This document shows, piece after piece, positions 37,674 through 47,688 of a stretch of 64,000 nucleotides of DNA. Numbering within the stretch: the stretch's first letter is position 1; the number at the start of each line of letters is the position of its first letter. The stretch comes from an uncultured bacterium (GTDB lineage Bacteria; Verrucomicrobiota; Kiritimatiellia; CAIKKV01; CALHGX01): the NCBI GenBank assembly GCA_938031185.1, contig CALHGX010000017.1, positions 7,662-71,661 on the forward strand, given 5' to 3'. The notes beneath the pieces were generated by a model that was not told the origin of the DNA, searched no databases, and saw only the letters and a program-made list of their open reading frames with translations. The translations under genes were made by a program, and so were the position numbers.

Positions 37674-39377
37674 TCATCCTCGTGGCGGTTCGCCTGCCTC
37701 CGGCGGCAGGGACATCCCCTCAGCCGTCAGGTAGTGACATAACCGCCACACATGATAACCAAGCCGGTCGAGCCAGCGACACGCATCAAGGATCTCCACC
37801 GCTTGCGTGGAACTGTACTCTCCGAGCGCCGCACGGCGCAAGATATCCGCCCGATCAGTTCTGCGCCACTCCGCCAGCTTGTCTGCCGCCCCTCCCACTG
37901 CCTGCAGCCAGCCGTCAGCGCCTTCACCGCGCAAGCCGGCTGCGGCTAGCCCCAGCTCTTTTTCGACCACCGCCACGCCGAGTCGGAGTTTTTCGTGCGT
38001 CAATAGCGGCATAACTGCATCGGGCGGCGCAAGCCGGGGCAGCAGCCGAAGAAGATGATCCACGGCATGAAGCTGCGCGAGTCGCGTTTGGGACAATGAG
38101 CCATCCTGAGACACCGGAGGAATGCGCGTCAGAAAGATTTCCACTTCTTTCACGGCTTCTTCCAGCCGTTCGCGGTGAGCCGCTGCTTCAACAAGATTCC
38201 TCTTGCCCAATAAGTTGTGCAGCGCAGCCACTGTCTCGCCCGCGATGGCGAGCAAAGAACGATGCGTTGCTTCCAGCGCCACGGAGGGCACGTGCAGAAT
38301 CGTGTCGTCGAGATACGCCGTCAACTTCGGACCGCGATCCGGAAGCAGCCGCTCTATCAATCGCGCGTAGGAATGGGCAAAGGGCAGCACGACAGCCGCG
38401 CCAAGTCCAATGAAAGTCGTATGAAACGCCGCAAGACTCATGGCGCCGGGCTGCAGCCCGGCATGGGCTTGGGCCCAGCCGATAAACTTCAGAAGCATCG
38501 GCAGCAACCCAATGGCCAGCAAGCCGGTGGCCGTGTTGAAGGTCACGTGAGCCAGCGCGGTTCGTTTGGCTTGGACCGTCCCACCGATGGCAGCAAGGGC
38601 GCCGGTCACCGTCGTGCCTATGGCCGCACCAATCACCAACGAGGCGGCTTGATCAAACGTCACGGCACCGGCATGTAAAGCCGTCAGGGTGGTGGCCACC
38701 GCCGCGCTGGAGCTCTGCATGATGAGCGTCAGAAGCACGCCCACCAACATCACGGCGGCATGTCCGCCCAAACCGTGAGTCGGCAACCTCGAGAGGTCGA
38801 ACAGCCCTGAAAAATCCCGCATCCCGTCCTGAAGGTAACCTAGTCCGACAAAGATCAGTCCAAACCCCGCCAGGGCCAAGCCACACGCCTTGATTCGGCC
38901 GCGGCCCAACAAACGAATGAAAGCGCCAATTCCAACCATCGGCAACGCGTAGTAACCCACACTGATCTTGAGCCCGAGCCCCGAAACCAACCAGCCTGTA
39001 GCCGTCGTCCCAACACTGGCACCGATAACCACTCCAACCGCCTGCGGGAAGGAGAGCAGCCCGGCGCTGACAAACCCGATGACCGTCACAGTGGTGGCGC
39101 TGGAAGACTGCACCAGTGCGGTTATGACGGCACCGGAAAAGAACGCCTTTACCGGCGAGCCGGTGAAACGCACGAGGGCGCGCTTCAAGGCATTTCCAGC
39201 AGCGGTTTTCAGCCCGTCCGTCAGCAACATCATGCCGAGCAAAAAAAGGCCAATGCCGCCCGCGATCATGAAGAGCGCTTTCATAACAAGGAACATGCTG
39301 AAAAGCGGCCCAAGAGACAAGCGGATTGCTCCCCGGTCGTTGTCCGCCAGAAACCCCAGTGCGCCCGGCATGAGCAT
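37674..39377 (-). CDS. Na+/phosphate cotransporter family protein with PhoU-like C-terminal domain
   Basis: GIGLFLLGMMLLTDGLK...VTALVQSSSATTVTVIGF, with a second repeat IMQSSSAAVATTLT. Helical C-terminal domain. The start may be an internal Met. Confidence 0.85.
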   Translation of the reverse strand: MLMPGALGFLADNDRGAIRLSLGPLFSMFLVMKALFMIAGGIGLFLLGMMLLTDGLKTAAGNALKRALVRFTGSPVKAFFSGAVITALVQSSSATTVTVIGFVSAGLLSFPQAVGVVIGASVGTTATGWLVSGLGLKISVGYYALPMVGIGAFIRLLGRGRIKACGLALAGFGLIFVGLGYLQDGMRDFSGLFDLSRLPTHGLGGHAAVMLVGVLLTLIMQSSSAAVATTLTALHAGAVTFDQAASLVIGAAIGTTVTGALAAIGGTVQAKRTALAHVTFNTATGLLAIGLLPMLLKFIGWAQAHAGLQPGAMSLAAFHTTFIGLGAAVVLPFAHSYARLIERLLPDRGPKLTAYLDDTILHVPSVALEATHRSLLAIAGETVAALHNLLGKRNLVEAAAHRERLEEAVKEVEIFLTRIPPVSQDGSLSQTRLAQLHAVDHLLRLLPRLAPPDAVMPLLTHEKLRLGVAVVEKELGLAAAGLRGEGADGWLQAVGGAADKLAEWRRTDRADILRRAALGEYSSTQAVEILDACRWLDRLGYHVWRLCHYLTAEGMSLPPEAGEPPRG

Positions 39378-39812
39378 GGCGTCCTACAGACCAGCATCCG
39401 CCCCTTCAACCGACATGGGGTTTTCCCGATGTTCATTCCTCACGTACCAGCCGGGTGTTGCCCTTCTTTTCCAGAACAGCCGCATGACACAACGGAATCG
39501 AGGAAAATCCCGCCACTGAGAAGGTGATGGAACCCCCCATTGACGCCCTCGTCTTGGAACAAGGGCGATCGAAAAGGACTTGCCGACGAGCGCCGCCGCC
39601 AGATTCAAGGCGCCGGTCGGGGTGGCGCCTTCGTTTGTCGGCACACCCATCATGCCGCCGAATGCCATCCCGAAAGCGGTGGATTTCTATTTTGCGGAAG
39701 CCAGAAAAATGGGCTAGGGGCGTTGCGCCTTGACGCTTGCACCGCCGTCGGAAAGGGAATAGGATGACATTGTTTTTTTCAAGAGGGCACTAAAAAGCCG
39801 GGAGGAGATGTC

Positions 39813-40751
39813 ATGATCCGTCGTTTGTGCATCGTCGCCGTGTTCGGCTTGTCAGCGTTCGCGGTGTGTGCCGGTCCGCTGCAAGAAGCTAGCGTCACCG
39901 CTTCCGCCCGCTGGGTCATGCATGCGGATATGGACGCGCTGCGTCAGTCCGAAATTGGGCGGTTCATCATGGGCCGCCTGAACGAGGGACCGGCGGCAAA
40001 CAAGATGGCCGCCTTCACGGCGTTGTTCGGCTTCGATCCCCTGAAAGATGTGGCGGAAATCACCGTCTATGGCACATCCCAGCATCCGGAATCGGCGGTC
40101 ATGCTGGTCCGCGGCCGCCTGAACGAAAACCACTTGGCCGCGCTGATCAAGGCCAACGATACCTATCAGGCCGAGACGTACGGCCAACGCACGATTCACA
40201 GTTGGGTGGACGCGCACCGCGCCGAAGAAGGACGCAAGTACGGTTGCTTCCATTCTCCGGAACGACTGGTCATCGGCCGGGACTTGTCACTCCTGAAAGC
40301 GGCGCTTGACGTCCTGGATGGAAAAGGCGCGAGCTTAAACGCAACCAGTGCCTTCGGTGGCCCCGTTCCCGCCGACGCGCTGTTGTTTATCGGCGCAACC
40401 GATCTGGCAAGCCTGACCCCGGCGCGTCCGGAAGCCGCTGCGATGGCACAGGCTCAAGACATGGTCATGTCGCTGACCGAGCAGGGCGGGCTTTTCTCCG
40501 CCAGCGTCGGGATGCGAATGCAGACGGCCGAAGCCGCCTCGAATGTGCAGGCCGTGGCGCAGGGCATGGTGTCTTTTGCCAAGCTGAATCAGCAGGCCAA
40601 TCCTCTGGGCGCCAAGTTGGTGGACTCCTTCCGTTCTGTGGTCAACGGCACTTCAGTCCGGATGGATGTCGCCATGCCCACAGCCGATATGCTGCCGATG
40701 CTGGCGGCCAAGATGGACGCCCACGCCGCCATGTGCGACCTGCTGCCGTAA
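39813..40751 (+). CDS. hypothetical exported protein
   Basis: MIRRLCIVAVFGLSAFAVCAGP signal peptide, with GGGAGGAG as ribosome-binding site 8 nt upstream. No family recognised. Confidence 0.5.
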   Translation: MIRRLCIVAVFGLSAFAVCAGPLQEASVTASARWVMHADMDALRQSEIGRFIMGRLNEGPAANKMAAFTALFGFDPLKDVAEITVYGTSQHPESAVMLVRGRLNENHLAALIKANDTYQAETYGQRTIHSWVDAHRAEEGRKYGCFHSPERLVIGRDLSLLKAALDVLDGKGASLNATSAFGGPVPADALLFIGATDLASLTPARPEAAAMAQAQDMVMSLTEQGGLFSASVGMRMQTAEAASNVQAVAQGMVSFAKLNQQANPLGAKLVDSFRSVVNGTSVRMDVAMPTADMLPMLAAKMDAHAAMCDLLP

Positions 40752-40874
40752 GCGGCAAGGGGTCAAGACACCGTCAGCAAGGTTGCCACACCGGACATGG
40801 ACGTGTCGTCCGGCCGGCCGCCACCCACAGGGATGCGAAGCACTCCGGGTTCGACACAAGCCCGACCTTCGTCG

Positions 40875-41123
40875 TCATAGCAGGCGAGCTGTTCCGTGCG
40901 CAAATGTGAAGGTCACTGTTTCCCGTGCTCCCCGCGCGCCCCACGCCGTGCAGGCACTCGTTCCACCAGTTGTGCTCCGGCATCCCCAGCCGCGGGATGG
41001 CGTGGCTTCGTGCATCGTTTGCGACACTTTCTCTTCCCGCCTCATACGGGACACCAAATCCCGCGCTTGCTCTTCGAACGATCGGCGGATATCCTGGTAG
41101 GATGGGCTTTTCGAACCAGGCAT
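40875..41123 (-). pseudogene. relic 5' fragment of a GH3 beta-glucosidase/xylosidase gene (frameshifted and truncated)
   Basis: One frame reads PSYQDIRRSFEEQARDLVSRMRREEKVSQ. A second frame reads NDARSHAIPRLGMPEHNWWNECLHGVGRAG, the hallmark GH3 N-terminal motif. The remaining ~650 aa of a normal GH3 enzyme are absent. Confidence 0.6.
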
Positions 41124-41368
41124 GGTCACTCCTTCCTCTCGTTGTCTGTTGGCGCCCCCCTGCATCGTGAAAATGTTCCGCCCCTTGGCAAAAACCTTTT
41201 TTGGGCGCTGTCCGCATATGGACTTCTCCCGCGAAGGGCGGTGGTTGCATTATAACCATGGCGTGCCGCGGGAGATCGGTCTATGATCAGGTTGGCGTTG
41301 CAAGAGGCCATGGCCAAGTTCGGCTTGCTTGGAAAGCACCTCTATAACGGCGTTGACACGGAGCGCCA

Positions 41369-43252
41369 ATGCGGGGCATGTGGGGCGGATATGCGCGCAG
41401 TCTGGGAGGACTGGGCCGCGGATTCGGACCGGAGGCGTTCGGCCGGGAAGCCGATCCGAATCGTTCCCACGGCATTTCCGCCCGGGAATGTCTGCGTCGG
41501 GCCTTGCGCTATTTCACTCCGTACCGCGGCGCCACGCTGGTCATTCTGATTTGCATTGGCGCGCACACGGCGCTCTCCCTCCTGCCCCCGCTGATGGTGC
41601 GGGCCATTCTCGATGAAGCCATCCCGCGACGCGATGTGGCCCGCCTCTGGCGTCTAGTGCTCGGCCTGATCGTTCTGCCGCTCGTCACGGGGTTGATCGG
41701 CGTCCTCCAGAACTACTGGCACACCCGCGTGAGCCAGCGCCTGATGTTCGACCTGCGCAACGAGCTCTACCGCCACCTGCAGCGCCTCTCGCTCCGTTTC
41801 TACGCCGGCACCCGCTCCGGCGAAATCATGTCGCGCCTCCACAACGACGTGGGCGCGGTGCAGGGCGCGGTGCTCGGCGCCGTCATCGGCGTCGTCACCA
41901 ACACGCTGACCGTGGTCATGACCGCCGCCGTGCTCTTCGCAATGGACTGGCGGCTGGCGACGCTCGCCTGCGCGATCGTGCCGGCGTTCGTGCTTCCGGC
42001 GCGGCGCATCGGGCGCGTCCGCCACCGGCTTTCGCGCCGGACGCAGGAAAAGCAGTCGGAGCTGCTCGCCCTGACGCAGGACGTGCTCCACCTCGGCGGC
42101 TATCTGCTGATGCGGCTGTTCGGCCAGGCCGACTACGAGGCGGAGCGCTTTCGCGCGCGCCATGGCGAAGTGATGGACCTTCAGATGCGCCAAGCCATGA
42201 CCGGCCGATGGTTGTTCCTCTTCCTTTCCGTGCTCGCCGCGGCCGGTCCAGCCCTGATCTACGGCTACGGGGGATGGCTCATCATCCGCGCCAACCCCGC
42301 CGCGCCGGACGTCATCACCATCGGCACCATCATCGCGTTCGTGGCTTATCTGGGTGGCCTCTATCGGCCCGCTGGCCAACTGGCCAACCTCTACGTGGAC
42401 TTGCAGGGGGCGCTGGCCGTGTTCGGCCGGATTTTCGAGTATCTCGACATGAAACCGGATGTGACTGACCGTCCCGGCGCGCAACCGCTGCCGCCGATTC
42501 GCGGCCATGTCCGCTTCGAGCAGGTCACCTTCTCCTATCGCCCCGACCATCGGCCCGCCCTGAAGGACGTGTCATTTGAAATTCCGCCGGGGCATTTGGT
42601 CGCGCTGGTGGGCCCCAGCGGGGCGGGGAAGAGCACCCTCACGTATCTGCTGCCCCGCTTCTACGATCCGCCGTGCGGGCGCATTCTGGTGGACGGATAT
42701 GAATTGCGCGACGTCACGCTCGATTCCCTGGCCGCCCAGGTGGGCATGGTCACGCAGGACACATTTCTTTTCCATGCCAGCGTGCGCGAGAATCTGCGTT
42801 ACGCCCGACCGGACGCGACAGAAGATATGCTTTTCGCCGCCGCGCGGGCCGCGCAAATCCACGATGTCATTCTGCGCCTGCCTGAAGGATATGACACCCT
42901 TGTGGGCGAACGGGGCTTCAAGCTCTCCGGCGGCGAAAAACAGCGGCTGTCCATCGCCCGGGCGCTGCTGAAGGATCCGCGGATTCTCATCCTCGACGAA
43001 GCCACCAGCGCGCTGGATTCCGAATCCGAAGCGGCCATCCAAGCGGCGCTCGGCCCGCTGATGCGCGGCCGCACGACGCTGGTGATCGCCCATCGGCTCT
43101 CCACCGTGCTGGCGGCCGACCTCATTCTCGTGCTGGACGAGGGCCGGCTGGTGGAACAGGGCTCTCACGCCGCGTTGCTGGGCCAGGGAGGACTTTACGC
43201 CCGGCTCTATGCCACACAGTTCCGCCGCCAAGCGGAGGTTGTTCAATCGTAG
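41369..43252 (+). CDS. ABC exporter, fused permease/ATPase (MsbA-like type I exporter)
   Basis: 6-TM domain followed by Walker [10 protein letters not shown], signature LSGGEKQR and Walker [13 protein letters not shown]. Confidence 0.9.
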   Translation: MRGMWGGYARSLGGLGRGFGPEAFGREADPNRSHGISARECLRRALRYFTPYRGATLVILICIGAHTALSLLPPLMVRAILDEAIPRRDVARLWRLVLGLIVLPLVTGLIGVLQNYWHTRVSQRLMFDLRNELYRHLQRLSLRFYAGTRSGEIMSRLHNDVGAVQGAVLGAVIGVVTNTLTVVMTAAVLFAMDWRLATLACAIVPAFVLPARRIGRVRHRLSRRTQEKQSELLALTQDVLHLGGYLLMRLFGQADYEAERFRARHGEVMDLQMRQAMTGRWLFLFLSVLAAAGPALIYGYGGWLIIRANPAAPDVITIGTIIAFVAYLGGLYRPAGQLANLYVDLQGALAVFGRIFEYLDMKPDVTDRPGAQPLPPIRGHVRFEQVTFSYRPDHRPALKDVSFEIPPGHLVALVGPSGAGKSTLTYLLPRFYDPPCGRILVDGYELRDVTLDSLAAQVGMVTQDTFLFHASVRENLRYARPDATEDMLFAAARAAQIHDVILRLPEGYDTLVGERGFKLSGGEKQRLSIARALLKDPRILILDEATSALDSESEAAIQAALGPLMRGRTTLVIAHRLSTVLAADLILVLDEGRLVEQGSHAALLGQGGLYARLYATQFRRQAEVVQS

Positions 43253-44052
43253 CTGTGATCGGCGTCGGGAAACGTACCCGCTTCCACGTCCGCCTTGAAG
43301 CGCGCGAACGCCGCGGCCATCTGTTCGCCAAGCTCGGCGTACCGTTTCGCGAATCGCGGTGTGGCCGACGGCGGTGTCAAGCCCAGCAAGTCGTGACTGA
43401 CCAGAATCTGTCCGTCGCAGGCGGGCCCGGCGCCGATGCCGATGGTCGGGACATGTGCAGCCGCAGTGAGTGCCGCGCCGACTTCACGGGGGACGCACTC
43501 GATCACAAGAGCAAAGACGCCGGCTTCCTCCAGCGCGCGGACGTCCTCCAATAAGCGCTGCGCCTCCTCGTCGCGGCGGCCCTGCACCTTGTAGCCGCCC
43601 AGTGCCCGAATGCTTTGCGGCGTCAGCCCAATGTGCCCCAACACCGGAATGCCGTTCTGTACCAGTGTGCGGACCGTAGGGACGCGCAGCGCGCCGCCCT
43701 CGATTTTCACCGCGTCCGCGGCGGCTTCCTTGACAAAACGGCCGGCATTGGCCAGCGCTTGTTCCGCGGACACCTGATAGGAAAGGAACGGCATGTCCGC
43801 AACCAGCAACGCGCGCGATACGCCGCGCGCGGCCGCCGCCGTGTGATGCAGCATTTGTTCCACTGTCACCGGCAGGGTCGAGGAATAGCCCAGCATCGTC
43901 ATGGCCAGGGAATCGCCCACCAGCACAATGTGCGCGCCCGCCTCGTCCGCCGCCCGAGCCGTAGCGAAATCCCCCGCCGTCAGCGCCACGATCCGCGCCT
44001 GTCCTTTAAGCGCCCGAATTCGCTCCGCCGTCCATTTGGGATGGTTCTTCAT
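43243..44052 (-). CDS. panB: 3-methyl-2-oxobutanoate hydroxymethyltransferase
   Basis: [56 protein letters not shown]...VKIEGG. Confidence 0.9.
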   Translation of the reverse strand: MKNHPKWTAERIRALKGQARIVALTAGDFATARAADEAGAHIVLVGDSLAMTMLGYSSTLPVTVEQMLHHTAAAARGVSRALLVADMPFLSYQVSAEQALANAGRFVKEAAADAVKIEGGALRVPTVRTLVQNGIPVLGHIGLTPQSIRALGGYKVQGRRDEEAQRLLEDVRALEEAGVFALVIECVPREVGAALTAAAHVPTIGIGAGPACDGQILVSHDLLGLTPPSATPRFAKRYAELGEQMAAAFARFKADVEAGTFPDADHSYD

Positions 44053-44114
44053 GATGGCCGCTCCCGGGGCATCCCGTATGCCCGGTTTTGTGCTACCACC
44101 AAGGACGGATGGCG

Positions 44115-44489
44115 TCAACGCTGCTCGATGGTAGCCGAGGCCTTCTGCCCGCCAGCATCTCGGACCGTGAGCACATTTCCGCCCACGCCGATGCGGGTAT
44201 AAACCGCCCGCGCCCCATCCGCGGCCACAACCCCGCGATTCGTATTAGCAACGCTCCACTGGTATGGCGCTTCGCCTCCTACGGCTTGAAAGGTTTTGCT
44301 GGTCTGGCTCGCATTGAACACCCAGGAAACCGGCTCGATCGTCAGCGGCGGCACGCCGTCGGGCCCGCCGCCGTAGCGGGTTTCCTTTACGTCGGAATTC
44401 AACTCGCATCCCGCTCCCAGCGTCAGCCATGCGGCCAGACCGCCATACATTCCCGCCGCGACCACAAGGCGCTTCAGCCTGCTTGTCAT
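44115..44489 (-). CDS. small lipoprotein, Ig-like/beta-rich
   Basis: [28 protein letters not shown] has a lipobox, followed by a beta-rich ~100-aa domain. Confidence 0.5.
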   Translation of the reverse strand: MTSRLKRLVVAAGMYGGLAAWLTLGAGCELNSDVKETRYGGGPDGVPPLTIEPVSWVFNASQTSKTFQAVGGEAPYQWSVANTNRGVVAADGARAVYTRIGVGGNVLTVRDAGGQKASATIEQR

Positions 44490-44533
44490 GCACCGTTCTC
44501 CTGTTTCGCTCTCCGCTTCGGTGCCGAATGTTC

Positions 44534-45298
44534 TCACAACTCGACCCGGAGATACGCCGCCACATCCGCCACGCCGCCTTCCAGAAAGCTGCGGCCTTCC
44601 AAGCCTATGATCCATCGCTTCGAAAGATTCAACTCCAGACCTGTGGACAAGCCAAACGAACGGTTTTCGCGAATGTTCTGGCTGCCCAGCTTGCCGTCCA
44701 CTCGCGAGAGCACCGCCCCGGCGAACACCCGTACGGCTTCGGGTTCATAGGGATGCCAGCGTTCAGGCCCCTGCCGGTTGACGCCGTAGACCGCCCGCGG
44801 CTCCAGCGCCCATTCGTTCCAGCCAAATTCCGCCTCGCCGCGATTGGAATCCGTCCCGCGCCGCCAGGCCAGCGCCTCCACGCGCACCGCGCGTTTGCGG
44901 CCCAGCACTGGTGAACGATCCAGAACCCACTCTGCCAGTCCGGCGCGGCAACCGACCTGCCACACCACGCCCGCCTCGCCGTCCTCGCCATCCAAACTGC
45001 CGCGTCCCGCTCCCAAGCCGCCTTCGAATGCCAGCCAGTCAAGCGCCTGATACCGCGCCAGCGCCATGGCCCGCCATGCCTCCAGCCGCCGCGCCTCGTC
45101 GCCCAAGCGTATTTCCCGGCGTTCGCGCCCGTAACCGGCGCCAAGGCTCCATGCATCCAAGCCTTCGCGGCTCCACAGCGCGCCTCCCGAAAAAAGGGCA
45201 TCGCTTTCCCCGCGGACGATTCCTGTTCCGATCAAAAACGCCGCCAAAAAGAACGTTCGCCCGCCTTGTTTCACGCCGCACCTTCCCTTCTGCCGCAC
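44534..45298 (-). CDS. hypothetical exported protein, possible small outer-membrane beta-barrel
   Basis: Signal-like N-terminus with alternating hydrophobic/aromatic beta-strand pattern (WSLGAGYG, LEGRSFLEGG). No family recognised. Confidence 0.35.
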   Translation of the reverse strand: MRQKGRCGVKQGGRTFFLAAFLIGTGIVRGESDALFSGGALWSREGLDAWSLGAGYGRERREIRLGDEARRLEAWRAMALARYQALDWLAFEGGLGAGRGSLDGEDGEAGVVWQVGCRAGLAEWVLDRSPVLGRKRAVRVEALAWRRGTDSNRGEAEFGWNEWALEPRAVYGVNRQGPERWHPYEPEAVRVFAGAVLSRVDGKLGSQNIRENRSFGLSTGLELNLSKRWIIGLEGRSFLEGGVADVAAYLRVEL

Positions 45299-45700
45299 CG
45301 TGGGGCCGACGCCCCGCGCGCCTGCTCATGGCAAGCAAGAACCACACCAAAGCAGCTTCCGCCTCGGGACGGACTCTGCCGCTACCGCACCTCCTTCCAT
45401 ACAAAAACGCTTGCGCATGAAGAGCCTCGGCGCTGCGCGCGCTCTGAAAGCCTTTCACCAACAAGTCCCATCACGCGCGATCGTCGCTCGCCAGAAACAA
45501 GGCGCTCGCATACCACAAGACACAAAATCCCTGCCGTTATGAATACCAATGTATGCATCCCGTAATATCTCCTCCAATCACTGCAAGCGCTAACAGTCTA
45601 TCGCGCAGCATCTTAGGGCAAGATTCGCGCCGTCGCGGCGCTTGGCGCATTGTTTGCTTGAAAGAAGAGCCGTGTTCTTGGTCTTGGAGAAAGCCGCTCT

Positions 45701-47668
45701 ATGAAAATATACCGCAGGATTATTGCTGTTGCAGCTGTGCTGCTCTGGATGCCTGTATCCGGTTGCATGCACGGCGGCGCCCGGCCATCGGCCGGGGCCG
45801 ACTCACCGGAACCCGCCAGTCCGGCGCCGAAGCCGTCGTTGGCCGAAGCCGAACGGCTGTTCCAGGCGGGCGACTATGCAGGCGCGTTGATCGCATGCGT
45901 GGATGCGGCTCGGGAAAACCCGCAGATGCCAGGCTTAAACGAACTGCGCAACCGTATCCAGCAGGCGCTGCTCGAACAACGCGCCAGAGATCTGCCCGTC
46001 CGCGCCGACCTGTCCAAACGGGCCATGAATGTCGAAGCCATGGAAAAGGCCATCGTGCCGAACACCTACACCGCGCGCCGTTTCGTAGCGGGCGATGAAA
46101 CCCCATTCAGGGCCGAGCCCACGGCCATGGAACAGGCGTTGACCAACCGGGTGACCATGCAGCTTCGGGGCGCGAGTTTGAGCGCAGTGATTGACGCATT
46201 GACCCGCGACCGCCAACTGAACATCGTGGCCGATGAGCAACTCGGAGAAGGACGCCGCATTGATGTTTCGATGCAGGATGTGCCGCTGGCCGAGGTCTTG
46301 GACTACGTAGCGCGCAACATGGCCATTCGCTGGTACGCCGGCCACAACTTGATCTGGTTCACCCGTCCTGACACCGCCGGCGGCGCGCCCATGGAAACGC
46401 GGCTCTATCGCCTGAAAAAGGGGTTTCAGTTCCACGCCGGAGACTGGACGCCTAAAGGGCCCGCCGGCGAGGCCCCGCCGGGCTCCCTGCCTACGCTGAC
46501 AGACCAGGCCGCGGAATTGTCCTCCCGCCCCTTGAACATCGAACAGGTCATTGAGCGCTTCATACCCGCCGTTACTGGCGCGCAGTTATATGTGGACCGC
46601 GCCACGCACGTCCTGCTGGCGCGCAACACCCGCCAGAACCTTGCGCTGATCGAGGACATCATCCACGCGCTGGATGTGGTCCCGCCGCAAGTCCTGATTG
46701 AGGCCCGTTTCATTGAAACCACGGTGGCTGATTTGCGCGAACTGGGCATTGACTGGGCGCTTCAGTCGCCCTTGGCCGTTTCCAAGCAAACCGTTTTTGA
46801 AGACGGACGGCCGGTGTCCGCCAACCGCAGCGAAATCGGCGCCAACAGCCGCATCGGCTACACCCCGTACCGCACCGACGGCTTGGGGCAGTTCCCGCTC
46901 GGCCCGCAAGGCGCCTTCGGCCTTGCGCGCGAAGGCAACCCGCCGACCGCTAATCAAGGGCTGAACCTCTATTACGCCGGCATCCTGACCGAGCCGATGT
47001 TCCAAGCCGTGCTGCACGCCTTGGATATCTCCGGAAAAGGGCACACGCTGTCCGTCCCCCGCGTGACGACGGTCAACAACAACCCCGCCAAGCTGCGCAA
47101 CGGCGAAGACCTGCTGTATTTCGACCAGTTCCAGGCGCAAGCCTTCAATCTCGTGGACGCCAACAACCAACGCTATACGGTGACGGTGCTCATTCCCTCG
47201 GGCAAACCGGTCCGTGCCGAATTGGGCATCACGCTGCTGGCCGTGCCCAGCGTAGGCGCTGATTTGCGAACGATCAGCCTGCTGCTGATGCCCAGCATCA
47301 GCCGGCTGGAAGAATGGTCCTCCTACCAGGGCTCTTTCGGCAACACCAACACCGCCAGCCAGATTGATATCCAGCAGGTGGTGGCCCGCCTGCCCATCAT
47401 TTCCCGAAAGGAAGTGCAAACCAAAGTCGTCGTGCGCAGCGGCGAGACGGTGGTGCTCGGAGGCCTCATTGACACCGTCAAACAGCAGACCATGCACAAG
47501 GTGCCCTTCCTTTCCTCCATTCCGCTGCTGGGCCCGTTGTTTCAGCGTCTGGACGTCACCGAGCAGAATCGCAACCTGCTGATCTTCGTGACCGCCACTG
47601 TCATTTCAGATCGAGGCGAAACGCTGCTCCCCGGCCCGCCGCCAACCTCGGAGCCGCCGCCCGCCTGA
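45701..47668 (+). CDS. secretin (GspD/PilQ superfamily), lipoprotein-type signal
   Basis: MKIYRRIIAVAAVLLWMPVSGC. Secretin C-domain VVVRSGETVVLGGLIDTVKQQTMHKVPFLSSIPLLGPLFQ...NLLIFVTATVI. Confidence 0.85.
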   Translation: MKIYRRIIAVAAVLLWMPVSGCMHGGARPSAGADSPEPASPAPKPSLAEAERLFQAGDYAGALIACVDAARENPQMPGLNELRNRIQQALLEQRARDLPVRADLSKRAMNVEAMEKAIVPNTYTARRFVAGDETPFRAEPTAMEQALTNRVTMQLRGASLSAVIDALTRDRQLNIVADEQLGEGRRIDVSMQDVPLAEVLDYVARNMAIRWYAGHNLIWFTRPDTAGGAPMETRLYRLKKGFQFHAGDWTPKGPAGEAPPGSLPTLTDQAAELSSRPLNIEQVIERFIPAVTGAQLYVDRATHVLLARNTRQNLALIEDIIHALDVVPPQVLIEARFIETTVADLRELGIDWALQSPLAVSKQTVFEDGRPVSANRSEIGANSRIGYTPYRTDGLGQFPLGPQGAFGLAREGNPPTANQGLNLYYAGILTEPMFQAVLHALDISGKGHTLSVPRVTTVNNNPAKLRNGEDLLYFDQFQAQAFNLVDANNQRYTVTVLIPSGKPVRAELGITLLAVPSVGADLRTISLLLMPSISRLEEWSSYQGSFGNTNTASQIDIQQVVARLPIISRKEVQTKVVVRSGETVVLGGLIDTVKQQTMHKVPFLSSIPLLGPLFQRLDVTEQNRNLLIFVTATVISDRGETLLPGPPPTSEPPPA

Positions 47669-47688
47669 ACTTCTTGAGGGAGCTCATC

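Noticed and set aside
39607-39631. GC-rich hairpin AAGGCGCC-N9-GGCGCCTT as a rho-independent terminator
   Set aside because: No gene ends upstream of it on either strand, and it is not followed by a T-run (CGTTTGTCGG on the + strand, GAATCTGG on the - strand).
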